Below, one piece after another: positions 30,002 to 40,894 of a stretch of 64,000 bases of DNA (positions within the stretch are counted from its first letter, which is position 1; each line of letters opens with the position of its first letter). The translations under genes and the position numbers were made by a program. The notes beneath the pieces are model-generated. The model saw nothing but the letters and a program-made list of their open reading frames with translations, made no database searches and was not told the DNA's origin. The stretch lies in assembly GCA_965277805.1 (NCBI GenBank), contig OZ255842.1, positions 4,576,001 to 4,640,000 of the forward strand, written 5' to 3'. This DNA is from Candidatus Lustribacter sp. Lineage in GTDB: Bacteria > Vulcanimicrobiota > Vulcanimicrobiia > Vulcanimicrobiales > Vulcanimicrobiaceae.

Positions 30002-31497
30002 CGGGTGACACCTTCGAGCGCTTGCAACAATCCCTCGACCGTAAATTCTTCCGCGACGACATCGATGCCGATGCCGAGCTTGTGCGCCGCGGCTGCGGTG
30101 ATCGGTCCGATCGCAGCCACGGTCTTGCTCTCGAGCAGCGTTGCCGCATCGGCCAGGTTGCGAACGAAGCCGTGCACGGTGCTGGCGCTCGTGAAGGTGA
30201 CGACGTCCGCGCGTTCGGCTTTGGCGCGCAGTTCGGGATCATCGACGTAGCGCGTCTTGTAGGCGGCGACGGCGTCGACCGTGCGTCCCGCCGCGCGCAG
30301 CGTATCCGGCAGCACGTCCCGCGCTTCTTGGGCGCGGAACACGAGCACCCGCTCGCCGGGAGCAGTGTGCGTCACCAGCCCCTCGGCGACCGCTTCGTTC
30401 ACGTACGTTTCCGGCGTGAAGTCGACGCGGATGCCGTGCGCACGCAGCGCGGCTGCGGTCTTCGGTCCGATCGCCGCGACCTTCGCATCGCCGAAAGCGC
30501 GCGCATCTTTACCGGCAGCGTCCAGTATGTCGAAGAACGCATCGACGCCGTTGCGGCTCGTGAACACGACCCACGCGTACTCGCGCACGCGCGCCACCGC
30601 GGCGGCGGCCGGTGCGGGATCGTCGGGCGGTCCGATCGCGATGGTCGGTGCGAGGATCGGTTCCGCGCCGGCTTCCCACAACTGCTGCGCGAAGTCGCGG
30701 GCTTGTTTTACGGGCCGCGTCACCAGCACGCGTTTACCGAACACCGGCGTGCGGTCGAACCAGCGGATCGATTCGCGTTCGTTCACGACGTTGCCCACGA
30801 CCACGATCGCGGGTGCGGCGAAGCGCGTGCGTTCGGCGTCGTCAACGATGGTACCGAGCGTTCCCACGAGCGTCTCTTGCGTCGGCTTCGTGCCGTCGCG
30901 CACGATCGCGACCGGCATCGTATCCGGCAGCCCGTGCTTGCGCAATTCACCGATCACGCCGGGGAGCGTGGCCATCGCCATGAGGAAGATCGTCGTCGAC
31001 GCGGGATTCGCCAGCTTGGCGTAGTCGAGGCTGGTATAGCCCTTGAGCGGATCTTCGTGGCCGGTCGATATCGAGAACGACGTGTTGTGATCGCGGTGCG
31101 TTACCGGAATCCCGGCGTAGGCCGGCGCCGCGATTGCCGACGTGATGCCGGGAACGATCTCGAACGGCACGCCGGCGTGGCGCAGCGCTTGCGCTTCCTC
31201 GCCGCCGCGCGCGAAGACGAAGACGTCGCCGCCCTTGAGCCGCACGACGCGCTTGCCTTCACGTGCGAGCTTCACGGTGAGTTCGGTGATTTCGGATTGC
31301 GCGAGCGCGTGCGTGCCGGGGCGCTTGCCGACGTAGATGCGTTCGCACTCGGGCGGGGCGAGGTCGACGATCGATTGCGCGGCGAGATAATCGTAGAGCA
31401 GAACGTCGCAGTTTTGGATCGCGCGGGCACCCTTGAGCGTCAAAAGGCCCGGATCACCGGGCCCCGCTCCAACCAGCCAAACCTTACCCCGGTTCAC
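29998..31497 (-). CDS. cobA: uroporphyrinogen-III C-methyltransferase / synthase fusion (CobA-HemD)
   Basis: LVGAGPGDPGLLT, RLKGGD, VPGITS; then VLVTRP, VFTSRNGV, AIGPKTA, TFTSASTV. Confidence 0.95.
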   Translation of the reverse strand: MNRGKVWLVGAGPGDPGLLTLKGARAIQNCDVLLYDYLAAQSIVDLAPPECERIYVGKRPGTHALAQSEITELTVKLAREGKRVVRLKGGDVFVFARGGEEAQALRHAGVPFEIVPGITSAIAAPAYAGIPVTHRDHNTSFSISTGHEDPLKGYTSLDYAKLANPASTTIFLMAMATLPGVIGELRKHGLPDTMPVAIVRDGTKPTQETLVGTLGTIVDDAERTRFAAPAIVVVGNVVNERESIRWFDRTPVFGKRVLVTRPVKQARDFAQQLWEAGAEPILAPTIAIGPPDDPAPAAAAVARVREYAWVVFTSRNGVDAFFDILDAAGKDARAFGDAKVAAIGPKTAAALRAHGIRVDFTPETYVNEAVAEGLVTHTAPGERVLVFRAQEARDVLPDTLRAAGRTVDAVAAYKTRYVDDPELRAKAERADVVTFTSASTVHGFVRNLADAATLLESKTVAAIGPITAAAAHKLGIGIDVVAEEFTVEGLLQALEGVTR

Positions 31498-32732
31498 TCT
31501 TCTTGCGCGTGAGCGTGCAGGTCGAAGAGTTCGTTGAGGATGTGGGCGTCGGTGAGGGCTTCGGCGCGGTTGACGATCGCCTTGTCGCGGATCTTCGTGA
31601 TCACGCCGTGCAAGAGCTTGGAGATAACGGTAAGCGACATGCCGGTGATCAGCATCCGTTCGCGTTCGCTGAGTTCCGGGCACCGCGCGAACAGGCGCTG
31701 GAGTTCGGCTTCGCGGATCGTCTCCGCGCGCTGCACGAGCGAGCTGATGACCGGCACGGCGACGCGCGCCTGATACCAGTGGTTGAAGCGCTGGGTGTGT
31801 TCGGCGATGATCTCTTCAACCATCGGAATCGCTTCGCGCCGCCGTTCGAGCGTCACGTCGACCACGCCGCGCAAGCCGTCGACGTCGACGACGCTCACAC
31901 CGTCGATCGCGGCCACATCGGGATCGCAGTCGCGCGGTACTGCGATGTCGACGATGAACAGCGGGCGCTGCGGGCGCGCTTCCATCGCCTTCGTCACGTC
32001 TTCGACCGTCAACACGAACGTCTGCGCGCCGGTCGAGGTCACGACGATGTCCGCGCCGGCGATCGCGTCGACCACGCCGTGCATGTCCTTGCGGTTGAGC
32101 ACCACGATCTCGCGGCAGCCTTCCGTCTTGAGGCGGCGCGCCACGAGCGAACCCATCTTGCCCGCGCCCACGACCACGACCGACGTCCCGCGCAGATCGC
32201 CCACGTGCGCGCCGGCGAACGTGACCGCCGCCGTTGCGATCGACACCGACTGCCCGCCGATGTCGGTGTGCGTGCGCGCGGCCTTGCCGGCGTTGAGCGC
32301 TTCGCGAAAGAGCGAGTGCAGCGTCTTGCCCAGCGATTGCGCGCGCTGGCCTTGAATGAATGCGTCCTTGACCTGCGCCAGAATCTCCGCTTCGCCGATC
32401 AGCATCGAGTCGAGGCCCGTGCTCACGCGGAAGAGATGGTCGATCGCCTGATTCCCGAGCAGCGTGTACATGTAGGAATCCATGTCCTCGACGCCGCCGT
32501 GGCGGAAGTTGCCGAGGAACTGGCGGATCTGGCTCACGCCCTCTTCGTAGTCGTCGAGTTCGGCGTAGATTTCGAGGCGGCCGCAGGTCTGCAGCATCAG
32601 CGCCTCTTTGACCGCTTCGTAGTCGCGCAGCGCGATGAGGGCTTCGCCCATCTTGTGCGCCGGAAATGCGTGGCTCTCGCGGACGTCAACCGGCGCGGTA
32701 TTGTGGGAGAGTCCCATGCATACGAGTGGCAC
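31494..32732 (-). CDS. hemA: glutamyl-tRNA reductase, copy 1
   Basis: QTCGRLEIY, GLDSMLIGEAEILAQVK, GAGKMG, DIAVPRD. Confidence 0.95.
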   Translation of the reverse strand: MPLVCMGLSHNTAPVDVRESHAFPAHKMGEALIALRDYEAVKEALMLQTCGRLEIYAELDDYEEGVSQIRQFLGNFRHGGVEDMDSYMYTLLGNQAIDHLFRVSTGLDSMLIGEAEILAQVKDAFIQGQRAQSLGKTLHSLFREALNAGKAARTHTDIGGQSVSIATAAVTFAGAHVGDLRGTSVVVVGAGKMGSLVARRLKTEGCREIVVLNRKDMHGVVDAIAGADIVVTSTGAQTFVLTVEDVTKAMEARPQRPLFIVDIAVPRDCDPDVAAIDGVSVVDVDGLRGVVDVTLERRREAIPMVEEIIAEHTQRFNHWYQARVAVPVISSLVQRAETIREAELQRLFARCPELSERERMLITGMSLTVISKLLHGVITKIRDKAIVNRAEALTDAHILNELFDLHAHAQEE

Positions 32733-32735
32733 GAG

Positions 32736-34043
<1,308 letters not shown>

Positions 34044-34094
34044 GCTGCCCTTTTATGATTGCGAAAAAGCACTGTTTTTTGTTGGAACCAGCAC

Positions 34095-34236
34095 TGTCAT
34101 TCCGAGCGAAGCGCGAAGCGCGCAGACGAGGAACGAGAGAACATCTTCGCGGTCGCACTCGGTAGTAGAGATGGTGGCGCGTCCCTCGTCTACGCACCTG
34201 TGGTGCTCCGCTCGGGATGACATCTCGGGATGACAT
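34095..34236. repeat. inverted pair of ~40-bp REP-like units plus 13-bp tandem duplication
   Basis: TGTCATTCCGAGCG..GACGAGGAAC (34095-34134) faces GTCCCTCGTC..CGCTCGGGATGACA (34181-34222); CTCGGGATGACAT repeated 34211-34236. Confidence 0.8.
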
Positions 34237-34248
34237 GAAGTAAGCATT

Positions 34249-34854
34249 CTACGTGATGGCGCCGCTGATGGCTGCGTAATCGTCCGGTGTGTTTACGTTG
34301 GTGAAGATCCGGTCGTCGGCGTCGCCCATCTCGACGTAGCGCGTTTTTAGGCGCTCGATCACTGCGCGCGGCGAGCCGCGTCCGCCCAGCAGCACGGGTA
34401 GGCCTTCGCGCATGAAGGCTTCGCGGTTGTAGAGAGCGGCCAGCGGCTCGATTTGCGGTTCGCCCTCGTGCAGGCGGCGCGGCACGATGGCTTCGTCGCC
34501 GGGTTCGATGCAGGCTTCGAGCCGGTCGATCAGTGCGGCGTCGATGAACGGCGCGTCGCCGGCCGCCGCAAACACCCATGGCGTGCGCGCTTCGCCGATC
34601 GCCGAGAGCAGTCCCGAGAGCGGGCCGCGCATCGGCCAGCGGTCGACGACGGCCGGCGCATCGATCAGCAGGTCGATCTCATACGGTAGCGCGCCCTTGC
34701 ACGAGATCAGCGTCGCGCGGCCATCGCTCACGTTGCGGTATACGCGCACGATCAGCGGCAGGTCGCCGGCGTCTTTGAACAGTTTGCCCGGGAAACGCGT
34801 CGACTCGCCGCCGGCCAGCACGATCGCGGTGACCAGCGCGCTGCGTTCAGCCAT
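34249..34854 (-). CDS. mobA: molybdenum cofactor guanylyltransferase
   Basis: IVLAGGESTRF, GPLSG, DAPF, EPLAALY, FTNVNTPDDY. Confidence 0.85.
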   Translation of the reverse strand: MAERSALVTAIVLAGGESTRFPGKLFKDAGDLPLIVRVYRNVSDGRATLISCKGALPYEIDLLIDAPAVVDRWPMRGPLSGLLSAIGEARTPWVFAAAGDAPFIDAALIDRLEACIEPGDEAIVPRRLHEGEPQIEPLAALYNREAFMREGLPVLLGGRGSPRAVIERLKTRYVEMGDADDRIFTNVNTPDDYAAISGAIT

Positions 34855-35836
34855 GACGCCGTAAGTAATCTTTGGCGAAGTACGTGATGATGATGTCGGC
34901 ACCGGCGCGCGCAAAACCGGTGAGCGTTTCGTCGACGACGCGGTCTTCATCGATCCAGCCGCGTTCGGCGGCGGCCTTCACCATCGCGTACTCGCCGCTG
35001 ACGTTGTACGTCGCCACCGGCACGTCGAAGCTGTCGCGCACCATCCGGATCAAATCCATGTAGGCGAGCGCGGGCTTCACCATGACGATGTCGGCGCCTT
35101 CGGCGATATCGAGCGCGACTTCACGCATTGCCTCGCGGCTGTTGGCCGGATCCATCTGATAGGTGCGGCGGTCGCCGAAGCTCGGCGTCGAGTCGGCCGC
35201 TTCGCGAAACGGTCCGTAGAAGCCCGACGCGTACTTCGCCGCATACGACATGATCGTGGTCTTGATGAAGCCTTCGGCATCGAGTCCTTCGCGAATCGCG
35301 CCGACGCGCCCGTCCATCATGTCCGAGGGCGCGACGCAATCGACGCCCGCGCGCGCGTACGTCAGCGCCGTCTTCACCAGCAGTTCGACAGACTGATCGT
35401 TGTCGACGTCGCCGTCGGAGCCGATGATGCCGCAGTGGCCGTGATCGGTGTATTCGCAGTTGCAGAGGTCGGCGATCACCAGCATCTGCGGCAACGCTTC
35501 TTTGATCGCGCTCGCGGCGCGCTGCACGACGCCGTTGGGATCGTAGTTGCTGCTCGCTACCGCGTCTTTGAAATCCGGAATGCCGAACAGCAGCACCGCT
35601 TTCACGCCCACCGCGTCGAGTTCGCGGCATTCGCGCACGGCCGCGTCGACCGAGAGCCGCGAAACGCCGGGCATCGAGCCGATCGGCTGCACGACGTTGG
35701 TGCCGTCGACGATGAACAGCGGCATCACGAGGCCGTCGTGATTGACGCGCGTTTCGCGCACCAGCCCGCGCATCGCCGAGCTCTGGCGCAAGCGGCGCGG
35801 GCGGTTCACTAAGCCGAGGCGTTCGGCGACGTTCAT
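34847..35836 (-). CDS. hemB: porphobilinogen synthase (Zn-binding type)
   Basis: RPRRLR, DLCNCEYTDHGHCG, APSDMMDGR, YGPFREAA, MVKPAL. Confidence 0.97.
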   Translation of the reverse strand: MNVAERLGLVNRPRRLRQSSAMRGLVRETRVNHDGLVMPLFIVDGTNVVQPIGSMPGVSRLSVDAAVRECRELDAVGVKAVLLFGIPDFKDAVASSNYDPNGVVQRAASAIKEALPQMLVIADLCNCEYTDHGHCGIIGSDGDVDNDQSVELLVKTALTYARAGVDCVAPSDMMDGRVGAIREGLDAEGFIKTTIMSYAAKYASGFYGPFREAADSTPSFGDRRTYQMDPANSREAMREVALDIAEGADIVMVKPALAYMDLIRMVRDSFDVPVATYNVSGEYAMVKAAAERGWIDEDRVVDETLTGFARAGADIIITYFAKDYLRRHG

Positions 35837-37764
35837 GTGGTGTGCTCCAGAACGAAATGCGTGACGGTGTGGACGAACGCTGGGATATCGGCGGCTGCGG
35901 CGACGAGATCGGGCGGCCAGCCGGCATCTTTCGCCGCGGTGGCAGTTTCGGGCCCCATCACCGCGACGATCGGCCGGGCACCGTGACGTTCGGCAAGGTA
36001 GGTCGCAATGGCTCGTACCGCGGCCGTCGAGGGAAAGAGAATCGCGTTCGGCGTGCGACCGCCCAGCGCCGCGAGGGCCGCCTGCCCGTCGACCGCTTCG
36101 ATGACTTCCGCGCCGCCTTCGCGCAGCGCCGCGGCGATGCGGCTGGGGCGTTCTTGGGTGCGCGGCAAGAGGAACAGCGTGCCGGCCAGCACGCCGGGCC
36201 GGCCTTCGTCGGTTGCGCCGAGCAGCACGGCACCGCCCTCGGCCAGCATCTGTTCGGCCAAGCTCACCGCCGCCGCTTCCATCTCCGCGATCGCGGTCGT
36301 CGTCACGCGCCGGTCGCCGCGCACCACGGTTGAACCATCGGCCGACGCGATCGCCGCATGCAGCAGCAGAAACTCGCCGTCGTAGGTGGCGTGCGCGCCG
36401 ACCGGCATCTGGCACCCGCCGCGCAGCGTGCGCAGAAACGCGCGCTCGGCAAACACGGCGATCTCCGTCTGCGGGTCGTTCAGTAGCGGCCGCACTTTCG
36501 GAATGCGCGCATCGCCGGCGCGCATCTCGACGGCGAGCGCGCCTTGGGCCACCGCGGGCACGAGCACGTCGAGCGGAAACGGGACCGTGTACGTGGCGGA
36601 GAGCTCGAGGCGTTTGAGGCCCGCGGCGGCAAGCACGATCGCGTCGTAATCGCCGTCGCGCAGCTTGCGCAGCCGCGTATCGATGTTGCCGCGAATATCG
36701 TGAAACGTCAGATCGGGCCGCAGCGCGCGCAACAGTGCGCGGCGGCGCGGGCTCGACGTGCCCACGCGCGCGCCGGCCGGCAGCGCATCGAACGTCGCGT
36801 AGTATTCGCTGCAGAAGACGTCCCGGGGATCCTCGCGCTTGCCGATCGCGGCCAGCACCATATCGCCGGGCAACGTGCTCTCGAGGTCCTTGCACGAGTG
36901 CACGGCGTAGTCGGCGCGCCCGTCGCGCAGCGCGGCTTCCAACTCTTTCACGAACACGCCGTTGCTGCCGATCGCGGCCAGCGGACGGTCTTGCACGGTA
37001 TCGCCTTTGGTCGTGATCGCGAGCACCGTCGACGGAATGCCGCCGCCGGCGAGCTGCGCCATCACCGACCGCGTTTGCCACATCGCAAGCGCGCTCGCGC
37101 GCGTCGCGCACACCAGCGTCGAGAGTTCGCTCGGCCGCACGCCGCCGAGGGTGTCGACCGCGCGCTCCACTTCGTGCTCCACCGCGCCCGGCGGCATCGA
37201 CGCCAGATCGTCGATGTCGCGTTCGGCGAAGTGACGCATGACGGCGGCACGGCGGTCGATCGGTACGACGGCGAGCACGCGCTCGCGCAACGCGCCGAGC
37301 GTCGCGGCCGCGCGCGCGTAGCGGGAGTCGAACTGCACCGCCAGCTCATCGCGGATCCGGGCGGTGAAGCTGGGCGCGAGGCCGCCCGAGTCGACCGTGA
37401 CGGTCAAGTTGCCCGAACGGTGCACGGCCGGGGTGATGAAGTCGCCGCGCGCCGCATCGCCGGTATCGTTGACCAGCACGCCGTGCTTGTGTGCATCGAC
37501 CACTACCGCGGCGTTGATCCCGGCATCGTCGGTCGCTGCGAAGGCAAGCAGCGCGCCCGCGCAGTCACCGAAGGCGAAGAGCCGGGCCGTCCATGCAATC
37601 TCACCCGCCTCAGCCCATTGGGCAAGTTGGCGCGTCAGGGACGGGCTGATGACGGTCACGCGGGCGCCGGCTTCGCGCAGGGCGCGGGTCCGGCGTTCGG
37701 CGACGGCGCCGCCGCCCACGACGACGACGCGCCGTTCGGCCAGCGTGAGGGAGATCGGGAACAC
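35833..37764 (-). CDS. hemC: fusion: SirC/CysG-N + HemC + partial HemD-like domain
   Basis: VVVVGGGAVA..LVN..DFITPA; TRASALAMWQ, FVKELE, AVHSCKD, GTSSPRR, RGNIDTRL, GGCQMP; C-terminal LPRT..GAEV..FPST..MGPETA. Confidence 0.9.
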   Translation of the reverse strand: MFPISLTLAERRVVVVGGGAVAERRTRALREAGARVTVISPSLTRQLAQWAEAGEIAWTARLFAFGDCAGALLAFAATDDAGINAAVVVDAHKHGVLVNDTGDAARGDFITPAVHRSGNLTVTVDSGGLAPSFTARIRDELAVQFDSRYARAAATLGALRERVLAVVPIDRRAAVMRHFAERDIDDLASMPPGAVEHEVERAVDTLGGVRPSELSTLVCATRASALAMWQTRSVMAQLAGGGIPSTVLAITTKGDTVQDRPLAAIGSNGVFVKELEAALRDGRADYAVHSCKDLESTLPGDMVLAAIGKREDPRDVFCSEYYATFDALPAGARVGTSSPRRRALLRALRPDLTFHDIRGNIDTRLRKLRDGDYDAIVLAAAGLKRLELSATYTVPFPLDVLVPAVAQGALAVEMRAGDARIPKVRPLLNDPQTEIAVFAERAFLRTLRGGCQMPVGAHATYDGEFLLLHAAIASADGSTVVRGDRRVTTTAIAEMEAAAVSLAEQMLAEGGAVLLGATDEGRPGVLAGTLFLLPRTQERPSRIAAALREGGAEVIEAVDGQAALAALGGRTPNAILFPSTAAVRAIATYLAERHGARPIVAVMGPETATAAKDAGWPPDLVAAAADIPAFVHTVTHFVLEHTT

Positions 37765-37784
37765 CTCGTCGTTCTTTCCTACAG

Positions 37785-39434
37785 ATGCGTTTCGTCCCCG
37801 TGCGCGCGGCCGTCCTCGGCGCGCTCTTTGCTGCGATCATTACGCTCCCGGGGCTCGGCAACGGCACGTTGTGGGACAATAGCGAGACCGTCTACGGCGA
37901 GGCCGCGCGCGAGGTGCTGCTGACCCACGATTGGGTCGTTATGCATGTCAACGGGGTGCCGTGGTTCGTCCAGCCTCCGCTGTTCTTCTGGATCGCGGCC
38001 TTGTGCGCCAAAGCGTTCGGGGTCACGGCCTTCGCGATGCGGCTGCCGGCGGCGCTGGCGACGATCGCGATGGGCGGGGCACTCGGCTATGCCACGGCCC
38101 GGGTCGCCGGAACGCGGGCCGGAACGGTCGCGGCGATCGTGCTCTCGACGAGCCTGATGCAAGCGATCGTCGGCCGTTTGTCGATCATGGATGCGCTGCT
38201 CGACCTCTGCGTCGTCATCGCGACGCTGTGCTGGTTTCGCGCCTTCGAACCGCACGATCATCGCAACGACGTGCGGCGCCGCACGATCGCATTCTTGAGC
38301 GGAACCGTGGCGCTCGCGCTGGGCACGCTCGCGAAGGGCCCGGTCGCGCCGGTGATCGTGGTGCTCGTACTCGCCGTGTGGCTCGTCTGGGAACGCCGCA
38401 GCGACGCGCCGATCGCGCTCCCGTCGTGGCGGACGTTCGTCGCCGCGGCCGGCGTGTTCGTGCTGATCGTCGCGCCGTGGTTCGTGCTCGAAGCCGTTCG
38501 CGTCGGACCCGACGCATTTCGCGAACTGATCGGGCACTACACGATCGGCCGCTACACGGGCGTCATCGAGAACCAGAGCGGACCGTGGTGGTACTACGTG
38601 CCGGTCCTCATTCTCGGTTTCTTTCCCTGGATCGCGTTCGTGCCGGTGGCGGCCGTGCACGCGATCGACAGCGCGCGCGCGCGGCCCGGTTCGTTCGAAC
38701 GGTTGGCGCTCACGTGGGCGGTCGTGCCGGTCGTGTTTTTCAGCTTTGCCGAGACGAAGCTGCCGAACTACGTCGCGTTGATGCTGCCCGCGCTCGCGAT
38801 CATCGTGGCGCTGTGGTTCGAGCGCCTCTCCGACGCCGTCGACCGGCGCGGCGCGATCGCATCCGCGCTCTCGATTCCGCTGCTGATCGGTGCGCTCGGC
38901 ATCGCGATCGTCGTGTTCATTCAGAACAATCACCTCGAGAGCACGACTGCGATCGTCGTGCCGCAAGCGGAGATTCTCGGCGCCGTGATGCTGATCGGAT
39001 CCCTTGCCACCGTTGCCGCCATCGCAACGCGCGACTGGAATTGGATCGCGCCCTACGTGCTCGGCGCAACGTCGGGCGCGCTCGTGCTGTTCATCGCGCT
39101 CGTCGCCGAACCGGCGGCCGAGACGTTCAAGCCGATTCCCGCTATTGCGCACGTCATCGAGGAGCAGCGTGCGCCGGGCGCGGTGGTTGCGATACGCGGC
39201 GTGGCGGGCAGCTACTCATTGATCTTCTATACCGAGCCGGGCGTTGTGTCGCTGGACGAAGCGCCGGCGGCCGATGCGGCAGCGATCTGCGCCGCGCGCG
39301 ATGAGTTTCTCGTCACGCGCGCGCGCGACGTGGACGAACTGACGCAAGTGGCCAAGGCTCGCGGCCGGAACGGGCTAGAACTCGGCCGCCTGAACGGTGT
39401 GGCCCTGCTCCATCTCACGGGGTCCGGCTGCTGA
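37785..39434 (+). CDS. ArnT/GT39-like membrane glycosyltransferase
   Basis: LWDNSETVYGEAAREV, PPLFFW, RLPAA, LAKGPV, GPWWYY, TKLPNY. Confidence 0.88.
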   Translation: MRFVPVRAAVLGALFAAIITLPGLGNGTLWDNSETVYGEAAREVLLTHDWVVMHVNGVPWFVQPPLFFWIAALCAKAFGVTAFAMRLPAALATIAMGGALGYATARVAGTRAGTVAAIVLSTSLMQAIVGRLSIMDALLDLCVVIATLCWFRAFEPHDHRNDVRRRTIAFLSGTVALALGTLAKGPVAPVIVVLVLAVWLVWERRSDAPIALPSWRTFVAAAGVFVLIVAPWFVLEAVRVGPDAFRELIGHYTIGRYTGVIENQSGPWWYYVPVLILGFFPWIAFVPVAAVHAIDSARARPGSFERLALTWAVVPVVFFSFAETKLPNYVALMLPALAIIVALWFERLSDAVDRRGAIASALSIPLLIGALGIAIVVFIQNNHLESTTAIVVPQAEILGAVMLIGSLATVAAIATRDWNWIAPYVLGATSGALVLFIALVAEPAAETFKPIPAIAHVIEEQRAPGAVVAIRGVAGSYSLIFYTEPGVVSLDEAPAADAAAICAARDEFLVTRARDVDELTQVAKARGRNGLELGRLNGVALLHLTGSGC

Positions 39435-39468
39435 AGGTTCCGGCGGCTCGATGTCACACGATTCGAGC

Positions 39469-40041
39469 ATGGATACCTTAGAAGCGATTCGTACGCGCCG
39501 CACGGTCGGCAAGAGCACCGGCGACGTGCCGCGGGAGACGATCGCGGAGTTGATCGAAGCCGCCACGTGGGCGCCCAACCACAAGCTCACGCAGCCGTGG
39601 AAATTTACCGTGGTCGCGGGCGCCGCGCGCGAACGTTTGGGTGAGGTGTGGGCGCGCGAGGCCGTCGCCGACGCCGATCCCGCCAAGCGCGACGCGATCT
39701 TCGACGGCGAAAAGAAGAAGCCGCTGCGTTCGCCGGCGCTGATCATCGTCAGCGTGCGCACCGACAAAAATCCCGTCACGGCCGAAGAAGATCTCGTCGC
39801 GACGGCGGCCGCCACGCAAAACATTTTGCTGGCGGCGCACGCCAAAGGTCTGAGCGCCGCGTGGAAAACCGGCAAGATCGTCTCCAGCGCTGCGGTGAAG
39901 CGCTTCCTCGACGTCGACGCGAGCGATCGCATCATCGCGGTCATCTATCTCGGTGCGGTCGCGAAGGAAGAACCGAGCGCGCGCCCGCGCAACGTTGCGA
40001 GCACGATCAAGTGGCTCGATGAATCCGTGCTCACGGTCTAG
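39469..40041 (+). CDS. nitroreductase (YdjA-like)
   Basis: EAIRTRRT, WAPNHKLTQPWKF, QNILLAAHAKGL. Confidence 0.9.
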   Translation: MDTLEAIRTRRTVGKSTGDVPRETIAELIEAATWAPNHKLTQPWKFTVVAGAARERLGEVWAREAVADADPAKRDAIFDGEKKKPLRSPALIIVSVRTDKNPVTAEEDLVATAAATQNILLAAHAKGLSAAWKTGKIVSSAAVKRFLDVDASDRIIAVIYLGAVAKEEPSARPRNVASTIKWLDESVLTV

Positions 40042-40785
40042 GTGATAACAGTGGCCGAAGGCATCCTGACAGCGCCGCTCGGACGCGGCCTGCAAATCAC
40101 GCTCAACGAGCAGAAGGGCGTCTCCGACGCCGACGCGCTCGAACTGACGAACCTGCTGCTGCACGCGCACGAACGCGCCGCGTTCGTCGTGTTGCGGTCG
40201 ATCGGCCCGGACTTCATCACCGGCCGCAACAACCCGCGGCCGCCGGCGGGTGCGCCGGCCGCGGACGCGCTGGAGCGCCGGCGCTTCAGCGAGGTGATCT
40301 TCAACTGCTACGGCGCGTTTCGCGCGTGCTCGGTGCCGATCATCGGCGTCGTGAATGGACGGGCAATGGGCCTCGGCGTGTCGGTGGCCGCGTTATGTGA
40401 CATCACGTTTGCCGCCGATACGTCAACGTTTCAGATCAACGAGATGAACCACCGCATCTTGCCTACGATGGTAATGTCGTCGCTGGTCGATCGGGTGGCG
40501 AAGAAAGACTTGATGTATCTCGTCCTCTCTCGCGCGACGATCTCCGCCGCGCGCGCGCAAGCCGTGAACATCGTGACCGAAGTCGTACCGGCTGCGCAAC
40601 TCGATGCGAAGGTGGCCGAACTCGTGGCGATTTTCGAAGCGACGCCGTCGATCGCACTGGCGTCGGTGAAAGAGTACTGCAACGCAGCCTACGACATGCC
40701 GATCAAAGGCGCCGTCGACTTCGCCCGCAACCTCCACGCCACAATCAACGCCGCCCCCGAAATGCAAGCCACCCCGATCGTCTAG
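40042..40785 (+). CDS. enoyl-CoA hydratase/isomerase family protein
   Basis: PIIGVVNGRAMGLG..CDITFA..FQINE; start uncertain. Confidence 0.8.
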   Translation: MITVAEGILTAPLGRGLQITLNEQKGVSDADALELTNLLLHAHERAAFVVLRSIGPDFITGRNNPRPPAGAPAADALERRRFSEVIFNCYGAFRACSVPIIGVVNGRAMGLGVSVAALCDITFAADTSTFQINEMNHRILPTMVMSSLVDRVAKKDLMYLVLSRATISAARAQAVNIVTEVVPAAQLDAKVAELVAIFEATPSIALASVKEYCNAAYDMPIKGAVDFARNLHATINAAPEMQATPIV

Positions 40786-40824
40786 CAACCAACGGTCGCA
40801 CTCTCAATGCCGAGATGATCTCCG

Positions 40825-40865
40825 GTTCCTCGTCGACGCGCCTTGCGGCGCTGCTCGGAATGACA
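40825..40865. repeat. REP-like unit
   Basis: GTTCCTCGTC..GCTCGGAATGACA matches the reverse complement of 34095-34134 at both ends; between convergent genes. Confidence 0.75.
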
Positions 40866-40894
40866 TCGCTAAATGGCACATTTAAGTGGCAAAG

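Noticed and set aside
34095-34236. CRISPR array or tRNA
   Set aside because: Only an inverted pair and one 13-bp duplication; no repeat-spacer periodicity or cloverleaf.
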